A stretch of DNA of 64,000 nucleotides from Octopus vulgaris. Lineage: Eukaryota. The first letter of the stretch is position 1. Each line of letters begins with the position of its first letter. Below, piece by piece: positions 37,501-50,590 of this stretch. The position numbers and the translations under genes were made by a program. The notes beneath the pieces were generated by a model, which did no database searches, was not told the origin of the DNA, and saw only the letters and a program-made list of their open reading frames with translations. The stretch is taken from positions 49,848,001-49,912,000 of the forward strand of contig OX597832.1 of the NCBI GenBank assembly GCA_951406725.2, written 5' to 3'.

Positions 37501-38862
37501 TCTCGATCAATGCAATGACGAAATTTCGTTGTGTATTAGAAATGCTTCTGCCACGTATTAATGTGTAAATAACAGTCAATTGTTTGACCTTCAGTATATG
37601 ACGGTATCCATCAAAAGGTGGTTCGTCATGATTGACTTAAATAGGAAGAAACGTACAGTGGCTTTCATGCCTTTCTGATAAAGGCATGAACTGTGTAAGC
37701 GAAGTGAGTCACAACCGAAAATTGAAACTTCCACGTTACCATAGAAATGGCTTTTTTTTTTTTAAAGAAAAAAAAAGCATAAAATATGATAGCGAAATAA
37801 GATTCTTGCTAATATAAAGGTGTATGAGACAGTTAAAAAAAAAATGGAGAAATATATTGAGAAGGAAAGAGATAGAGTGAACGAACGATATATAGAGAAG
37901 AGAGAGGGGTATGATAAAATGACGGGGAAAGAGACATGGTTGTGTGGTAGTGAGAGTGAGAAAGAAATAGTAAAGACATATAGCAAGGAAAATGCAAGAC
38001 TCAAAGAATGGGTCAAGTCTTAGAACCTCCAAGATATGTGACGAGAAAGATATCTCAAGGAGGAAAGGCAGTGAAGGGAAATAAAGAGGTAAAGAAGGGG
38101 AGGTATGAGGAAATAACGAGGGAGGGGGAAGAAAGAATGCGAAAGAATCAGTAAGAAGAGAAAGGGGGAAATTTAAAGGAGTAGCGGGAGGAGAAGTAAA
38201 GGTGTAGATAAAGAGTGAGAGAGAAAAGAGACGAGCTGTAAAAGGTGAAGGTTATAGAAGAAGGGGAGGTTAGAGGTTGAAAGAGAAAGAAAAAAAAAAC
38301 AGGCGAGGTGGTCACAGAAATGGAAGGGAAGAGACTGAGAATGAGGTTTGAGTATAATGAAGAAAAAGAAAACGGGTGGCGAGGAGTATTAAGGGGACGT
38401 AGAGAATCAGAAAAGGTTAAAGAAACAGCAGTAAAAATGATCGTAGGAGGAGGAAGGAAGGAGAATTATAGAATTAAGCTAGGGCGGGTTAGTCAATAAA
38501 AAAAAGTGAAAGCCGAAGCGGTTTGAGTGGTTACATAATAATGCCTAATAATAATTAGCATTGAGAGATCATTACTATTATCTTAAGAGAAACAAAATAG
38601 TGGTGGTGGTGGTGGTGGGAAAATTAATATAGCCTTGATAATGTGTCCTTGTGGCAAATAAAGAAGCGATTATTAATTGCGATCAAAGGAAGGGAGGTAA
38701 GGAGAGGTGGAATAATGGAAAGCGTAGAGGAATATCGTTTTGTAAGGAACGATCAGAAATTAAACACCGTGTAAACAACCATGGTTGTCTGAAGAGAGAT
38801 TAGGATGGAAAACCAGGAAGAAATATTTCTTTGAGAAAAATAACAAACAAACAAAAAACTAT

Positions 38863-39102
38863 GGCGATCTTTCGTTTCTAGTAGACCTTTCCGTCGATTT
38901 CCGTAAAAAAATTTTTTTTTTTACATATGGGCTTGCGGGAACTTTTGAAGTAATGAGAGCGAAAGAGACTAAGAGAAAGCGATTTTATGTCGAGGGAAGT
39001 TCTTTTGAAGTTACCGTGCATGGACTCTCTCTGTCTCTTCACACACACTAACAGAAGCACTTCACTTACACAACATACTGTCTGTCTCCCACACCCCATC
39101 AA

Positions 39103-39133
<31 letters not shown>

Positions 39134-39305
39134 CATCAATGCTTCCCATGCACGGTAACTTCAAAAGAACTTCCCTCATAATACAATCGCTTTCTCTTAG
39201 TCTCTTTCGCTCTCATTACTTCAAAAGTTCCCGCAAGCCCATATGTAAAAAAAAAAATTTTTTACGGAAATCGACGGAAAGGTCTACTAGAGATGAAAGA
39301 TCGCC
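38863..39305. mobile_element. Mutator-like (MULE) non-autonomous fold-back element
   Basis: ~160-bp TIRs (38863-39023 / 39146-39305) starting GGCGATCTTTC; exact 10-bp TSD AAAAAACTAT; (CA)n-containing spacer. Confidence 0.85.
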
Positions 39306-39763
39306 AAAAAACTATAATATAAAACTGCTTAAAGTTTCGTTTCTTTTATTTTTCACACTGTAATCTAAATAATGAAGTGAATTGTCCAGTACGGAAATGA
39401 GAGATTAAAAGAAAACGATAGCTTACTGTTATGTAAGGGTTGTTTAAATATAGATTTGAGCTAAAGCTTGTATTATGTACAGTTAGAATAAGTGGGTTAC
39501 GGATGTTGTTGGTCTTTTGAACAGTTTTATGGGATAAACATAGGTGATACATAACCGCCATGAAATGGTGTTCTGTCGCTTTTCTCTTTGTTTTATTTGT
39601 ATTATGTAATCGTTATAGGAGAAAGCATTATCAGAAATGTAACAATGGTTTGATCTAATATATATGTATGTATGTGTGTGTATATATATATATATAAACA
39701 CATAAATGTGAAACAAGGTGGAAAAAAGAGTACTCAAAATACCAGAGGTAGGGTAATATGCTT

Positions 39764-39823
39764 TATTTAAAAGCAGCAGAAATTTAACAAAAGCTTTTGT
39801 TAAATTTCTGCTGCTTTTAAATA
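39764..39823. repeat. Perfect 60-bp palindrome centred on AAGCTT
   Basis: TATTTAAAAGCAGCAGAAATTTAACAAAAG|CTTTTGTTAAATTTCTGCTGCTTTTAAATA. Confidence 0.95.
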
Positions 39824-39826
39824 GAG

Positions 39827-39913
<87 letters not shown>

Positions 39914-40063
39914 GTTTCTTTATTAGCCACACGGGGCTGCACACAAGATAGATAGATAGATAGAAAATCTCTGATCTTGCATCAGTTGTAAGTCCAAGAA
40001 TATAATGTCTGTCTATGGATATATGTAATTGTTTTTCCCAAAGAAATTGCACTTCATATTTAA

Positions 40064-40141
40064 GGCTCCGATGAAGCTATAAGGTGTTACTCAGGCACTG
40101 GACTATGATTCCACTGCATCTAGCAGAAACAGGTGTAAGCT
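40064..40141 (+). ncRNA. Hammerhead variant (CCGAUGA core), partly decayed
   Basis: GGCT-CCGATGA-AGCTA...TAGCA-GAAA-CAGGTG-TA-AGCT; distal ACTTCAT/ATGAAGT pairing could extend stem I. Confidence 0.6.
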
Positions 40142-42051
40142 AATGAAGTTCATAAGATAATCGCTTATTCCCTTGTCATCTCTTTTTCTTATATGCATAC
40201 ATACATATATACATATACATGCATATATATATATATTGGTTAGCTTCAGGTCAGTATTAATCAAGCAGATACACGATAAAAGGTATTTTGTTTTATATTT
40301 ACACCTATTATATCTAGGACTACAATACAGGATGTACCTTTTTTTAAGACTGGGAGGCTCTGATTTGAAGGGTATTATTTGGCTACTATTTCTAGCAGGT
40401 TCACCGACCGAGTAGCAGCTCCCTTGTTTGTTCGTTGTTTATGATCACAAGTGTTTCAACCGTGACCATTTCGTCTTTTCATTTTTTTTTTAAGTATTAC
40501 CCAATGCTTTTCCTACTGAAAATTGTAGGGGGTGAACTGAGGGACAATTTGGCTGTTCGAGGGACCGACCACAAAGCAGTGCTTTCGTTGTTGACTCGTT
40601 GCGTAATGTTATGTAGTAGTGATGGTGGAGGTGTGATGTAACGTAGTAGTAATAACATTTTCGCGACTCAGATGGATGGATGCTAGTTTATATGCCTTGC
40701 AAAAGATGCAACTGCTTGGCTTGTTCTTTTCGGTACGAATCAAGTCCTCTCCACTAATCACCACTGCATGATGTGTATGTTTGCGTTTGTGTTTATCTGA
40801 ATTAGTGGGGGGAGAAATTAAATAGCTAGTCATTTGTAATTAGAGATTCTCTGACGTGCACGCTTCTCCTCCAAAGATATTAAAAGCCTGAGCGAACTGA
40901 AATATGCTTCAACTGGGGGAAGATTTTGTGATTTCCAGTAGTTGTCACTAGTTCATTTATGTGGCTACAGCCTTTTGAGAAAATAGTATTATATCGTATT
41001 ATGAGCATAGGACAACGACGGATACATAACCAAGCTATAACATTATTCTCCTACTGTACAACTATGTTAGTAAAGCTTTAGCAAATCTTACTACGAAGTA
41101 TTCTATCCTTATTTTCATATGATCATCTGGACTGACTTGAGTGTCAGTGAACGAAACATAGAAGCTTTCGCAGTGACCTGGAGTGGCTGTGTGGTAAGTA
41201 GTTCGGCAACAGAGACCGATAGAATAAGTACCAGGGTCGAGTTGCTCGATTAAAGGCGGTGCTCCAGCATGGCCGCAGTCAAATGACTGAAACAAATAAA
41301 AGAGTAAAGAGTAAGAGACCTGTGGATTCTAAATAGATATATAAATGATTTAGAGGCAGGTATGGCAGTATGGTTAAAAAGTTTGCTCCGTCACCGTGTC
41401 GTTCCGGGTTCGGTCCCTCTGCATTGCATCTTTGACAAGTGCTTTCTATTAGAACCTCGAGTTCATTAATGTCTTGAGGTTGTGAGTTCGAATCCCGGAC
41501 CGGGCTGCATGTTGTGTTCTTGAGCAAGACGCTTTATTTCGCGTTGCTCCAGTTCACTCAGCTGTATAAATGAGTTGCGATGTCACAGGTGCCAAGCTGT
41601 ATCGGCCCCTTTGCCTTTCCCTTGGATAACACTGGCGGCGTGGAGACGGGAGGCCAGTATGCATGTACAACTGCTGGTCTTCCATAAACAACCTTGTTCA
41701 GACTTGTGCCTGGGAGGGTAACTTTCTAGGTGCAATCCCATGGTCAGCCATGACCGAAGGGGGTCTCAGCAACTTCTTAGAATCCTCTACCTTACTTTCT
41801 CTTTCCCCTTCTCTCTTCCCCTCTGTTTCTCCTGTATTTTCTTTCCCTGTTTTTATTTTCATTGATTCGACTGTTTCTTCCTTTTCTCTTTTCCTTCCCC
41901 TCTCTCCATGCATTTTTCTCCACCATTACCAACACCATTATCCCTACCAACTTTTCCACCACCACCACCACTACCATTTCTCTATTACTCTGAGTTACTT
42001 CTCTTAGAGGTGTACTAAAGGTAGGTAGGAATTCACTGTTGTATTAATATA

Positions 42052-42478
42052 TAGTTAGTTAGTTAGTTAGTTAATTTTTTGGCTCAAAAAGCAAGGCCAT
42101 GTAGGAGGACATGGAGTTATGTACAGGGTGGTGTTCATGTAAAGAGTTCAGGCCACTTGTGGTCAAGGGAGACTTTGAACTGAGCGGTCGTCAGCATCTT
42201 CACTATCTCATCCGGCAGCTTATTCCATGGATCCGCAACCCGGACGGAGAAAGCCCCTCTCCTTCGATTGAGATGGAATCATTGCAGATAGAGCTTTTCG
42301 GAGTGACCCCGCAGCCGACGCTCTGGAGCAGGAGTGAAGAGCAGCTCTTTCGAGAGGCTACACTTTCCGCTTATGATGTTGTGAGCAAGAATGAGATCAC
42401 CACGGCGGCGGCGTTTTTCTAGAGAATAAAGGTTGAACGTCTTCAGCCTTTCTTCATAAGACAAATGCTTGATGATGA
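42052..42478 (-). mobile_element. CR1-type LINE 3' end
   Basis: LSYEERLKTFNLYSLEKRRRRGDLI...RLRGHSEKL...FSVRVADPWNKLP; (TAAC)n tail. Confidence 0.88.
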
Positions 42479-43142
42479 GAAGGCCACAAGCTGGCAGAAT
42501 CGTTTGCTTGCTGGGCAAAATGCTTAGCAGCATTTCATCTGTCTTAACATTCTGAGTTCAAATTCCACTGAGGGTCGACTTTACCTTTCATTCTTTTGGG
42601 AGTCAATAAAGTACGTACCAGTTGAGCTTTGGGGTCAATATAATCAACCAGCCCCCTCCCCCAAACTTGCTGACCTTCTGCAGAAATTTGAAACCAATAT
42701 ATAAATGGTGATGATGATTTTGGTAGTTTGGTAAAGGTGGATATGAGGACATACTGCGTAATTCTTTAAAGGTCTGGAACCATAAAAAGATGAAGGGCTC
42801 CTGTCCAAGCTCTTAATTCCTTGATCACTCATTTATGTAGAGTTGTATCTAGGGCTAGATATCCTAAGAGAGCCTGTTATTCTGCATATTTATATGTCCA
42901 CAAGAGACACACAGACAGAAAGAAAAAAAGGGCAAATTTTACAATAGTGAATCTTTCATCGAAGTATCCACTTGCAGCTATGTTGAATGTCGAAAGTTCC
43001 TTGGTGATAGAAACATGACAATGCCGTTGACAGATAAGTCACAAAATCATCTGAGTTATCTATCTACACTCTCATATTTCAATAAACATAAGCACAATCC
43101 ACACACACACACACACACACACACATTTATGCACGTATATTT

Positions 43143-43570
43143 GGATCTTTTCGGTTTGAACGGCATTTTTCTAAAATAATTTCCATGTAACTAAACATTT
43201 TTAAACTTTGTATACTGGTAGAATGTGTTTATAAAACATCTTTTTCTTATTGAGAAAATTCTATAGTTTGTAAGATATTTGTTGGTTTTTTTTTCTTCAA
43301 TTTCTGCAATTTCAACCAATCAGTGACGTCTATTGAGGTAAAAAAAAACATTCTGTGCCGTAGGAATATGTCCCTCGTTTAAGAAACAGATTGGGTTTAT
43401 TTACATTTATGAAGGAAAAAAAGATACCCTTCCCCCCACCCCTAACCCTAACTCTAACCCGAACCCTAAAACAGATTGAAATGCAATAGATCGATACTAG
43501 GGTCATAATTATGGGTGACAATTTCATATGACACCGCTAGAAAAAACTGCCGTTCAAACCGAAAAGATCC
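43143..43570. mobile_element. MITE, same family as 10227-10641, opposite orientation
   Basis: Same TIRs; flanks GTATATTT/ATATATTT. Confidence 0.85.
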
Positions 43571-43939
43571 ATATATTTTCATACCATGAGCAAAGATTTG
43601 TGAACTTTTATTTCTAATACTGATCTCTAACTCTTATCCACCATTTCACTCCCCACCCCACAAAATGAGTCTGTAAGTTCAATCGTAGCCTAGGGGCACA
43701 GCTACAATGAGAAATCCAGTATGTAAAAGACCACCTAAATCTTTACTTTTGCTTAATCCTTACTTAAGAGCTCTTTGCTCCCTGTAGAGTGTTCTTGGCT
43801 GTGGGTTGTTTTCTGATTAGAAGAGGAGTTGGACCTTGTAATTTCTTTTCAGATTTTGCTCCACCAAATCAATGATTCTCAACCAGGCTCCACATGGCAC
43901 TTAAGGGTCCATATTAGATTTTGCTGTTAAAATTTATGT

Positions 43940-44521
43940 GCTTACCAACCACATGGTTCTGGGTTCAGTCCTACTGCGTGGCACCATGGGCAAGTGTCTT
44001 CTACTATAGCCTCAGGCCAACCAAAGCCTTGTGAGTGGATCTGGTAGATGAAAACTGAAAGAAGCCTATTGTATATATATATATGTATATGTATATATGT
44101 GTGTGTGTGTTTTTGTGTTTGTTCCCCCAACATCACTTGACCACTGATGCTGGTGTGTTTACGTCCCCGTAACTTAACAGTTTGGCAAAAGAGAATCATA
44201 GAATAAGTACTAGGCTTACAAAGAATAAGTCTTGGGATCTATAGCCTCGGGCCGACCAAAACCTTGTGAGTGGATTTGGTAGATGGAAACTGAAAGAAGC
44301 CCGTCGTATATATGTATATGTGTATGTATGTGTGTTCCCCCAACATCGCTTGACAACTGATGCTGGTGTGTTTACGTCCCCGTAACTTAGCGGTTCGGCA
44401 AAAGAGAATGATAGAATAAGTACTAGGCTTACAAAGAATAAGTCTTGGGATCGATTTGCTCGACTAAAAGGTAGTGCTCCAGCATGGCTGCAGTCAAATG
44501 CCTGAAACAAGTAAAAGAGTA
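43940..44521 (+). mobile_element. SINE family A with internal duplication
   Basis: Middle segment occurs twice (~44005-44238 and ~44240-44450). Confidence 0.85.
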
Positions 44522-44739
44522 AATCCTAATAATGGCTTCAAATTTTGGCTCAAGGCCATCAGTTTCAGTGGAAAGGGCTAAGCATCACATTGATCCCAAT
44601 ACATAACTGGTATTTATTTCATCAACCCCGAAAAGATAAATGGTTAAGTCAACCTCGGCAGAATTTCAACACAGAATGTAATGATGCATGAGATGCTACT
44701 GAGCATTTTGCCTGGTGTTGTAATGGTTCTGCCAGCCGG

Positions 44740-45092
44740 TCGCTCGTGGCTGTTGCCAGCGCCGCCCTGACTGGCCACCGTGCCGGTGGCACGTAAAATG
44801 CACCATCCGATTGTGGCCGTTGCCAGCCTCGTCTGGCCCCGTGCCGGTGGCACGTAAAAAGCACCATCCGATTGTGGCCATTTGCCAGCCTCGTCTGGCA
44901 CCTGTGCAGGTGGCACGTAAAAAGCACCCACTACACTCACGGAGTGGTTGGCGTTAGGAAGAGCATCCAGCTGTAGAAACACTGCCAGATCAGACTGGGC
45001 CTGGTGCAGCCTTCTGGCTTCTCAGACCCCAGTTGAACCTTCCAACACATGCTAGCATGGAAAACGGACGTTAAACGATGATGATGATGATG
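44740..45092 (+). mobile_element. Retroposon family B
   Basis: Family B homology; (GAT)n tail. Confidence 0.85.
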
Positions 45093-45419
45093 AAGGAACC
45101 CTTTTTTGCCAAAAATTAGGTTAAAAAATATGGGAGTTTCTTATACATGGATAGTATTACAATATTTTACAAAACCTTTTTTCCAAATTTTAAGCCCCCC
45201 AAATTAGGGGGTTCCTTATACACATAAAGATACAGTAATATTATCAAGAATCATGTACGGTAGTGAGTGAGCTGGCAGAATTGTTAGTATGCCAGGCAAA
45301 ATGCTTAGGGACACCCGCTTGTCTTAACATCCAGAGTTCAAATTCCACCAAGGTCAATTTTGCCTTTCATCTTTACCTCCTCCCCAAAAAACATTGATTA
45401 CGATTTGTTCAATCTGGCT

Positions 45420-45808
45420 CTTGTTTACCAACCACATGGTTCCAGGTTCAGTCCCACAGTGTGGCACCTTGGGCAAGTGTCTCTACTATAGCCTCAGGCC
45501 GACCAAAACCTTGTGAGTGGATTTGGTACATGGAAACTGAAAAAAGCCCGTCATATATATGTATATGTGTATGTATGTGTGTGTATATGTTTGTGTGTCT
45601 GTGTTAGTCCCCCCCCCCCCAACATCGCGTGACAACCGATGCTGGTGTGTTTACGTCCCTGTAACTTAGCGGTTCGGCAAAAGAGACTGATAGAATAAGT
45701 ACTAGGCTTACAAAGAATAAGTCCTGGGGTCGATTTGCTCAACTAAAAAGGCGGTGCTCCAGCATGGCCATAGTCAAATGACTGAAACAAGTAGAAGAAT
45801 AAAAGAGT
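45420..45808 (+). mobile_element. SINE family A
   Basis: Homology to family A. Confidence 0.88.
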
Positions 45809-46243
45809 ATATCTCAATGTAAAAATAGATAGTCTGAAAAAAAAAAAAAGAACAATATTGATTTCTAGCATTGGTACAAGATCAATAATTTGGGAGGAGG
45901 GCATAATTGATACAATTGTTCTCAGTACATGACTGGTATCGTATTTTTATTGAACATTGATTTATTTGACATGAGATGTTTTAATGTTTCTCTCCTTTTA
46001 ATGTCCTCTTCCACCCACCTCTCTTTCCCCTTTTATTCTCACTCCCTGCTTGTTTATCTGTCTCTCTCTCTCTGTTTATGTGTGGGAACATCAAGTTATA
46101 TTTATATGTCTGTGCATTGCCTCTTCTCTCTCTCTCTCTCTCTCTCTTTCCACACTCTCTGTTTCTGTCTCTCTATGTGTATATTAAGTTGTTTGTATGT
46201 ATGTGTAATGTCCCTTTCTCCCCCTCTATTCCTCTCCCCCCTC

Positions 46244-46276
<33 letters not shown>

Positions 46277-46499
46277 ATATATATATATATATATATGAGT
46301 TCAAATTCCGCCGAGGTTGACTTTGCTTTTCATCCTTTCGGGGTCAATAAATAAAGAACCAGTTTCGCACTGGGGTCAATGTAATCGACTTTATCCCTTT
46401 GTCTGTCCTTGTTTGTCCCCTCTATGTTTAGCCCCTTGTGGGCAGTAAAGAAATATATATATAGTATATGAAAATTTTTTTTTAATTATTATAATATAT

Positions 46500-46536
<37 letters not shown>

Positions 46537-46746
46537 TATCAATTTATATTTATGTTTATTATTTTATAATAATTACTGGTATCCTTATATATCACTATAT
46601 TTTATATCTTATATGTAAAGTATAATATGTTATACATGTATGTAGATTATTGTAATTATCAGTTTAGTAAATAAATAAATAAGTTAACATAATAGAATGC
46701 CTAAATGTTGATGAACCACCTATTGATCCCTCCATTTTCTTATTGC

Positions 46747-46800
<54 letters not shown>

Positions 46801-47288
46801 TATAAACATATATACGTCCCTCTGTGTGCACATGAGCATGTTCACCTCCACTGCCAAAGCATACTGTCTCCAAAACAAGGTGAATGTCCAGTCAACCATA
46901 CCAAATCATCAGCCCTCAAACAGCTGCATCTATATCTATGTCTCCTTCCATGTATTTTAACCCTTTAGCATTCAGATTACTCTGTCAAATATAAAGCTTA
47001 TTTATTCACATTCTTTTGAATTAATCATGTATTATCCTGTAGCTTTTGAGAGGTTTATTTTTGGAATGACATTTTCGGGTAAATGTGAGAGCCCAGATTA
47101 TGGCTGGTTTGAACAGGTTGGATATTTGAACAGGTTGGATATTTGGGCAGGATATTAGCCGGTTTAAATGCTAAAGGGCTAATTGCTTAAGAAAGATTAA
47201 GGGCCAAACTGGCATTGGCAGGGTGTGAATTCAGAAAAGTAAACCATCACAACTAAATGCAACAAAACCCTTTATTTCAATGTTCTAA

Positions 47289-47418
47289 CTTCAAATCAAT
47301 ACTCTTTACTCTTTCTTCAAATCAATACTCTTTACTCTTTCTTCAAATCAATACTCTTTACTCTTTCTTCAAATCAATACTCATTACTCTTTCTTCAAAT
47401 CAATACTCTTTACTCTTT
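47289..47418. repeat. 26-bp tandem repeat x5 at a SINE tail
   Basis: CTTCAAATCAATACTCTTTACTCTTT units. Confidence 0.9.
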
Positions 47419-47419
47419 C

Positions 47420-47824
47420 TTTTACTCTATTACTTGTTTCAGTCATTTGACTGTGGCCATGCTTGAGCACCACCTTTTAGTCGAGCAAATCGACCCCAGG
47501 ACTTATTCTTTGTAAGCCTTGTACTTATTCTATCGGTCTCTTTTGCCGAACCGCTAAGTTAGTTACGGGGACGTAAACACACCAGCATCGGTTGTCAAGC
47601 GATGTTTGGAGGACAAACACAGACACACACACACACACACACATATATATACATATATATGACGGGCTTCTTTCAGTCTCCATCTACCAAATCCACTCAC
47701 AAGGCTTTGGTTGGCCCGAGGCTATAGCAGAAGACACCAGCCCAAGGTGCAGCGCTGTGGGACTGAACCCGGAACCATGTGGTTGGTAAGCAAGCTACTT
47801 ACCACACAGCCACTCCTATGCCTA
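47420..47824 (-). mobile_element. SINE family A
   Basis: Homology to family A. Confidence 0.9.
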
Positions 47825-48334
47825 TAGTAAGTATAAAAACTCCAAGAACTTCATCAAAAATATTTAATTATAAATGAGCTAAAAAATTTTTTTACTGACA
47901 CTTTATGTCCAACAGATCACACATATTCATTGAGTGACATCCCTTCAAAGCATTTGAAAGCAAAATATTGATTTGGTTCGCTTTGTGTGCATTCACAATA
48001 ATAAATAAATACAATATCGGAAAACATGGCTTGATGTGAGGTTTTTGAATATCTATTTTTACTGCGGAGTTTGTGTTTTTGGCACAATCGACCAAACCAG
48101 AATTGTTCGAACATCGAACGGTATTTCATTTCAGTACCTCTGTGTTTAGTATCCCAATGGTCATCGTTGCTTCTTATCCTTTCCAGCGATCAATGAAATC
48201 AAGTATCAATCGGTTACTGAGAGTGATTTAATATTCATATAAAGCACTCTTGATGTAACTGGAAATAATAATTTCCTTAAGACCACCATATATCCAACAG
48301 GAATAACGAGACTGTCGATAGTTAATTAATTAAT

Positions 48335-49043
48335 CACTCTTTACTCTCTTTTACTCTTTTACTTGTTTCAGTCATTTGACCGCGGCCATGCTGGAGCACC
48401 GCCTTTAGTCGAGCAACTCGACCCCGGGACTTATTCTTTTGTAAGCCCAGTACTTATTCTATCGGTCTGTTTTGCCGAACTGCTAAGTAACAGGGACATA
48501 AACACACCAGTATCAGTTGTCAAGCAATGCTAGGGGACAAACACAGACACACAAACACACACACGCATATATCATTATCATCATCATCATCATCGTTTAA
48601 CATCCGTTCTCCATGCTAGCATGGGTTGGACGGTTCGACCGGGGATCTGGAAGCCAGAAGGCTGCACCAGGCTCCGGTCTTATCTGGCAATGTTTCTACA
48701 GCTGGATGCCCTTCCTAACGCCAACCACTCCGTGAGTGTAGTGGGTGCTTTTTACGTGCCACCTGCACTGGTGCCAGGCGAGGCTGGCATCGGCCACGGT
48801 CAGATTGGTGCATTTTACGTGTCACCTGCACGGAAGCCAGACGAGGCGGCACTGGCTTCAGCCACGATTCAGATGGTGCTTTTTACGAGCCACCGACACG
48901 GAAGCCAGTCGAGGCAGTGCTGGCATTGGCCACGATTCGGATAGTGCTTTTTACATATCTCCAGTCCAGGGGTCCTGGTATCTGCTGGGTGCCAGTCATA
49001 GGATTGGTTCAATTTCGATTCCGATTTCGATTTCACTTTCTTT
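48335..49043 (-). mobile_element. Chimeric family B + family A 3' half with shared 23-bp TSD
   Basis: CTGT(C/T)GATAGTTAATTAATTAAT at 48312-48334 and 49044-49066. Confidence 0.8.
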
Positions 49044-49432
49044 CTGTTGATAGTTAATTAATTAATTATGATATTACAAAAGTAACTGTCTTCTTTTTAA
49101 AACAGAAGAATAGGTTGAGAGGGTGTGGGGAAGATATACACTAAAAAAATAACACAATAGAATCATTCATAGTTTTTGAAATTGCTGAAAACCATTTTGA
49201 ATGTATCTAATTCATTTCTCTTTCTTCCTAGGCCAAAGCAATTCCTTCAAGTTCAAATTCAAGTGTTTTTGTAGAAATTTTCCACCAATAGCATTGTTCT
49301 TTCTATTGACAGTCACATGTTGTAAATGTGTGTATGTTTGTGTGCTGTTGTGTGTATGCATATGTAATTGAGTTTGTGTATGTTTGTGTGTGAGTGTTTC
49401 TTCCGTAGAGACATGTGAGTTATGTCTCATGG

Positions 49433-49464
<32 letters not shown>

Positions 49465-49601
49465 ACTCCCTTTCTTTCTTTCTTCCTTGCTTTCTTTATT
49501 TCATTCATTCCATGTCAACACTCATTCAGGCGGACATATATGGTCCAAGGTGTTTTACATGTACATATATGTGTGTATACAAACATGCATGCACGCACGC
49601 A

Positions 49602-49660
<59 letters not shown>

Positions 49661-49997
49661 TCACTCACATGCACACAGAATTAATATAAACAGCAGTTTA
49701 CGATGTTTCATTAAGAAGGAGAATTATAATTGTCACTAAAAGTGACTAGGGTGTTAGGAAACTTCTACATTGCTAGAAATGGGAGCTAAACTGCTCTAAT
49801 GCTAATATGTGTTGGTGGCACGTAAAAAGCACTCACTGCACTCACGGAGTGGTTGGCGTTAGGAAGGGCATCCAGCTGTAGAAACACTACCAGATCAGAC
49901 TGGAGCCTGGTGCAGCCTTCTGGCTTCCCAGACCCCGGTTGAACCGTCCAACCCATGCTAGCATAGAAAATGGACATTAAACGATGATGATGATTGA

Positions 49998-50062
<65 letters not shown>

Positions 50063-50154
50063 TATATGTATGTATGTATATGTGTGTGTGTATATGTATA
50101 TATATATATATATTTCAGATAATTCAGATAATATTATGTTTAATAATACAAATA

Positions 50155-50318
50155 TAGGCGCATGTGTGGCTGTGTGGTAAGTAGCTTGTTTACCAACCAC
50201 ACGGTTATGGGTTCAGTCCCACTGCGTGGCACCTTGGGCAAGTGTCTTCTACTATAGCCTCGGGCCGACCAAACCCTTGTGAGTGGATTTGGTAGATGGA
50301 AACTGAAAGAAGCCCGTC

Positions 50319-50373
<55 letters not shown>

Positions 50374-50590
50374 TATGCGTGTGTGTGTTTGTGTGTCTGT
50401 GTTTGTCCCCCTAGCATTGCTTGACAACCGATGCTGGTGTGTTTATGTCCAAAACAACTGATAAAATAAGTACTGGGCTTACAAAAGAATAAGTCCCGGG
50501 GTCGAGTTGCTCGATTAAAGGCGGTGCTCCAGCATGGCTGCAGTGAAATGACTGAAACAAGTAAAAGAGTAAAGAGTAAAAGAGTAAAGT
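50155..50590 (+). mobile_element. SINE family A
   Basis: Homology to family A. Confidence 0.9.

Noticed and set aside
47892-48129. Two ~70-aa ORFs in unique sequence
   Set aside because: No recognisable homology or splice structure.
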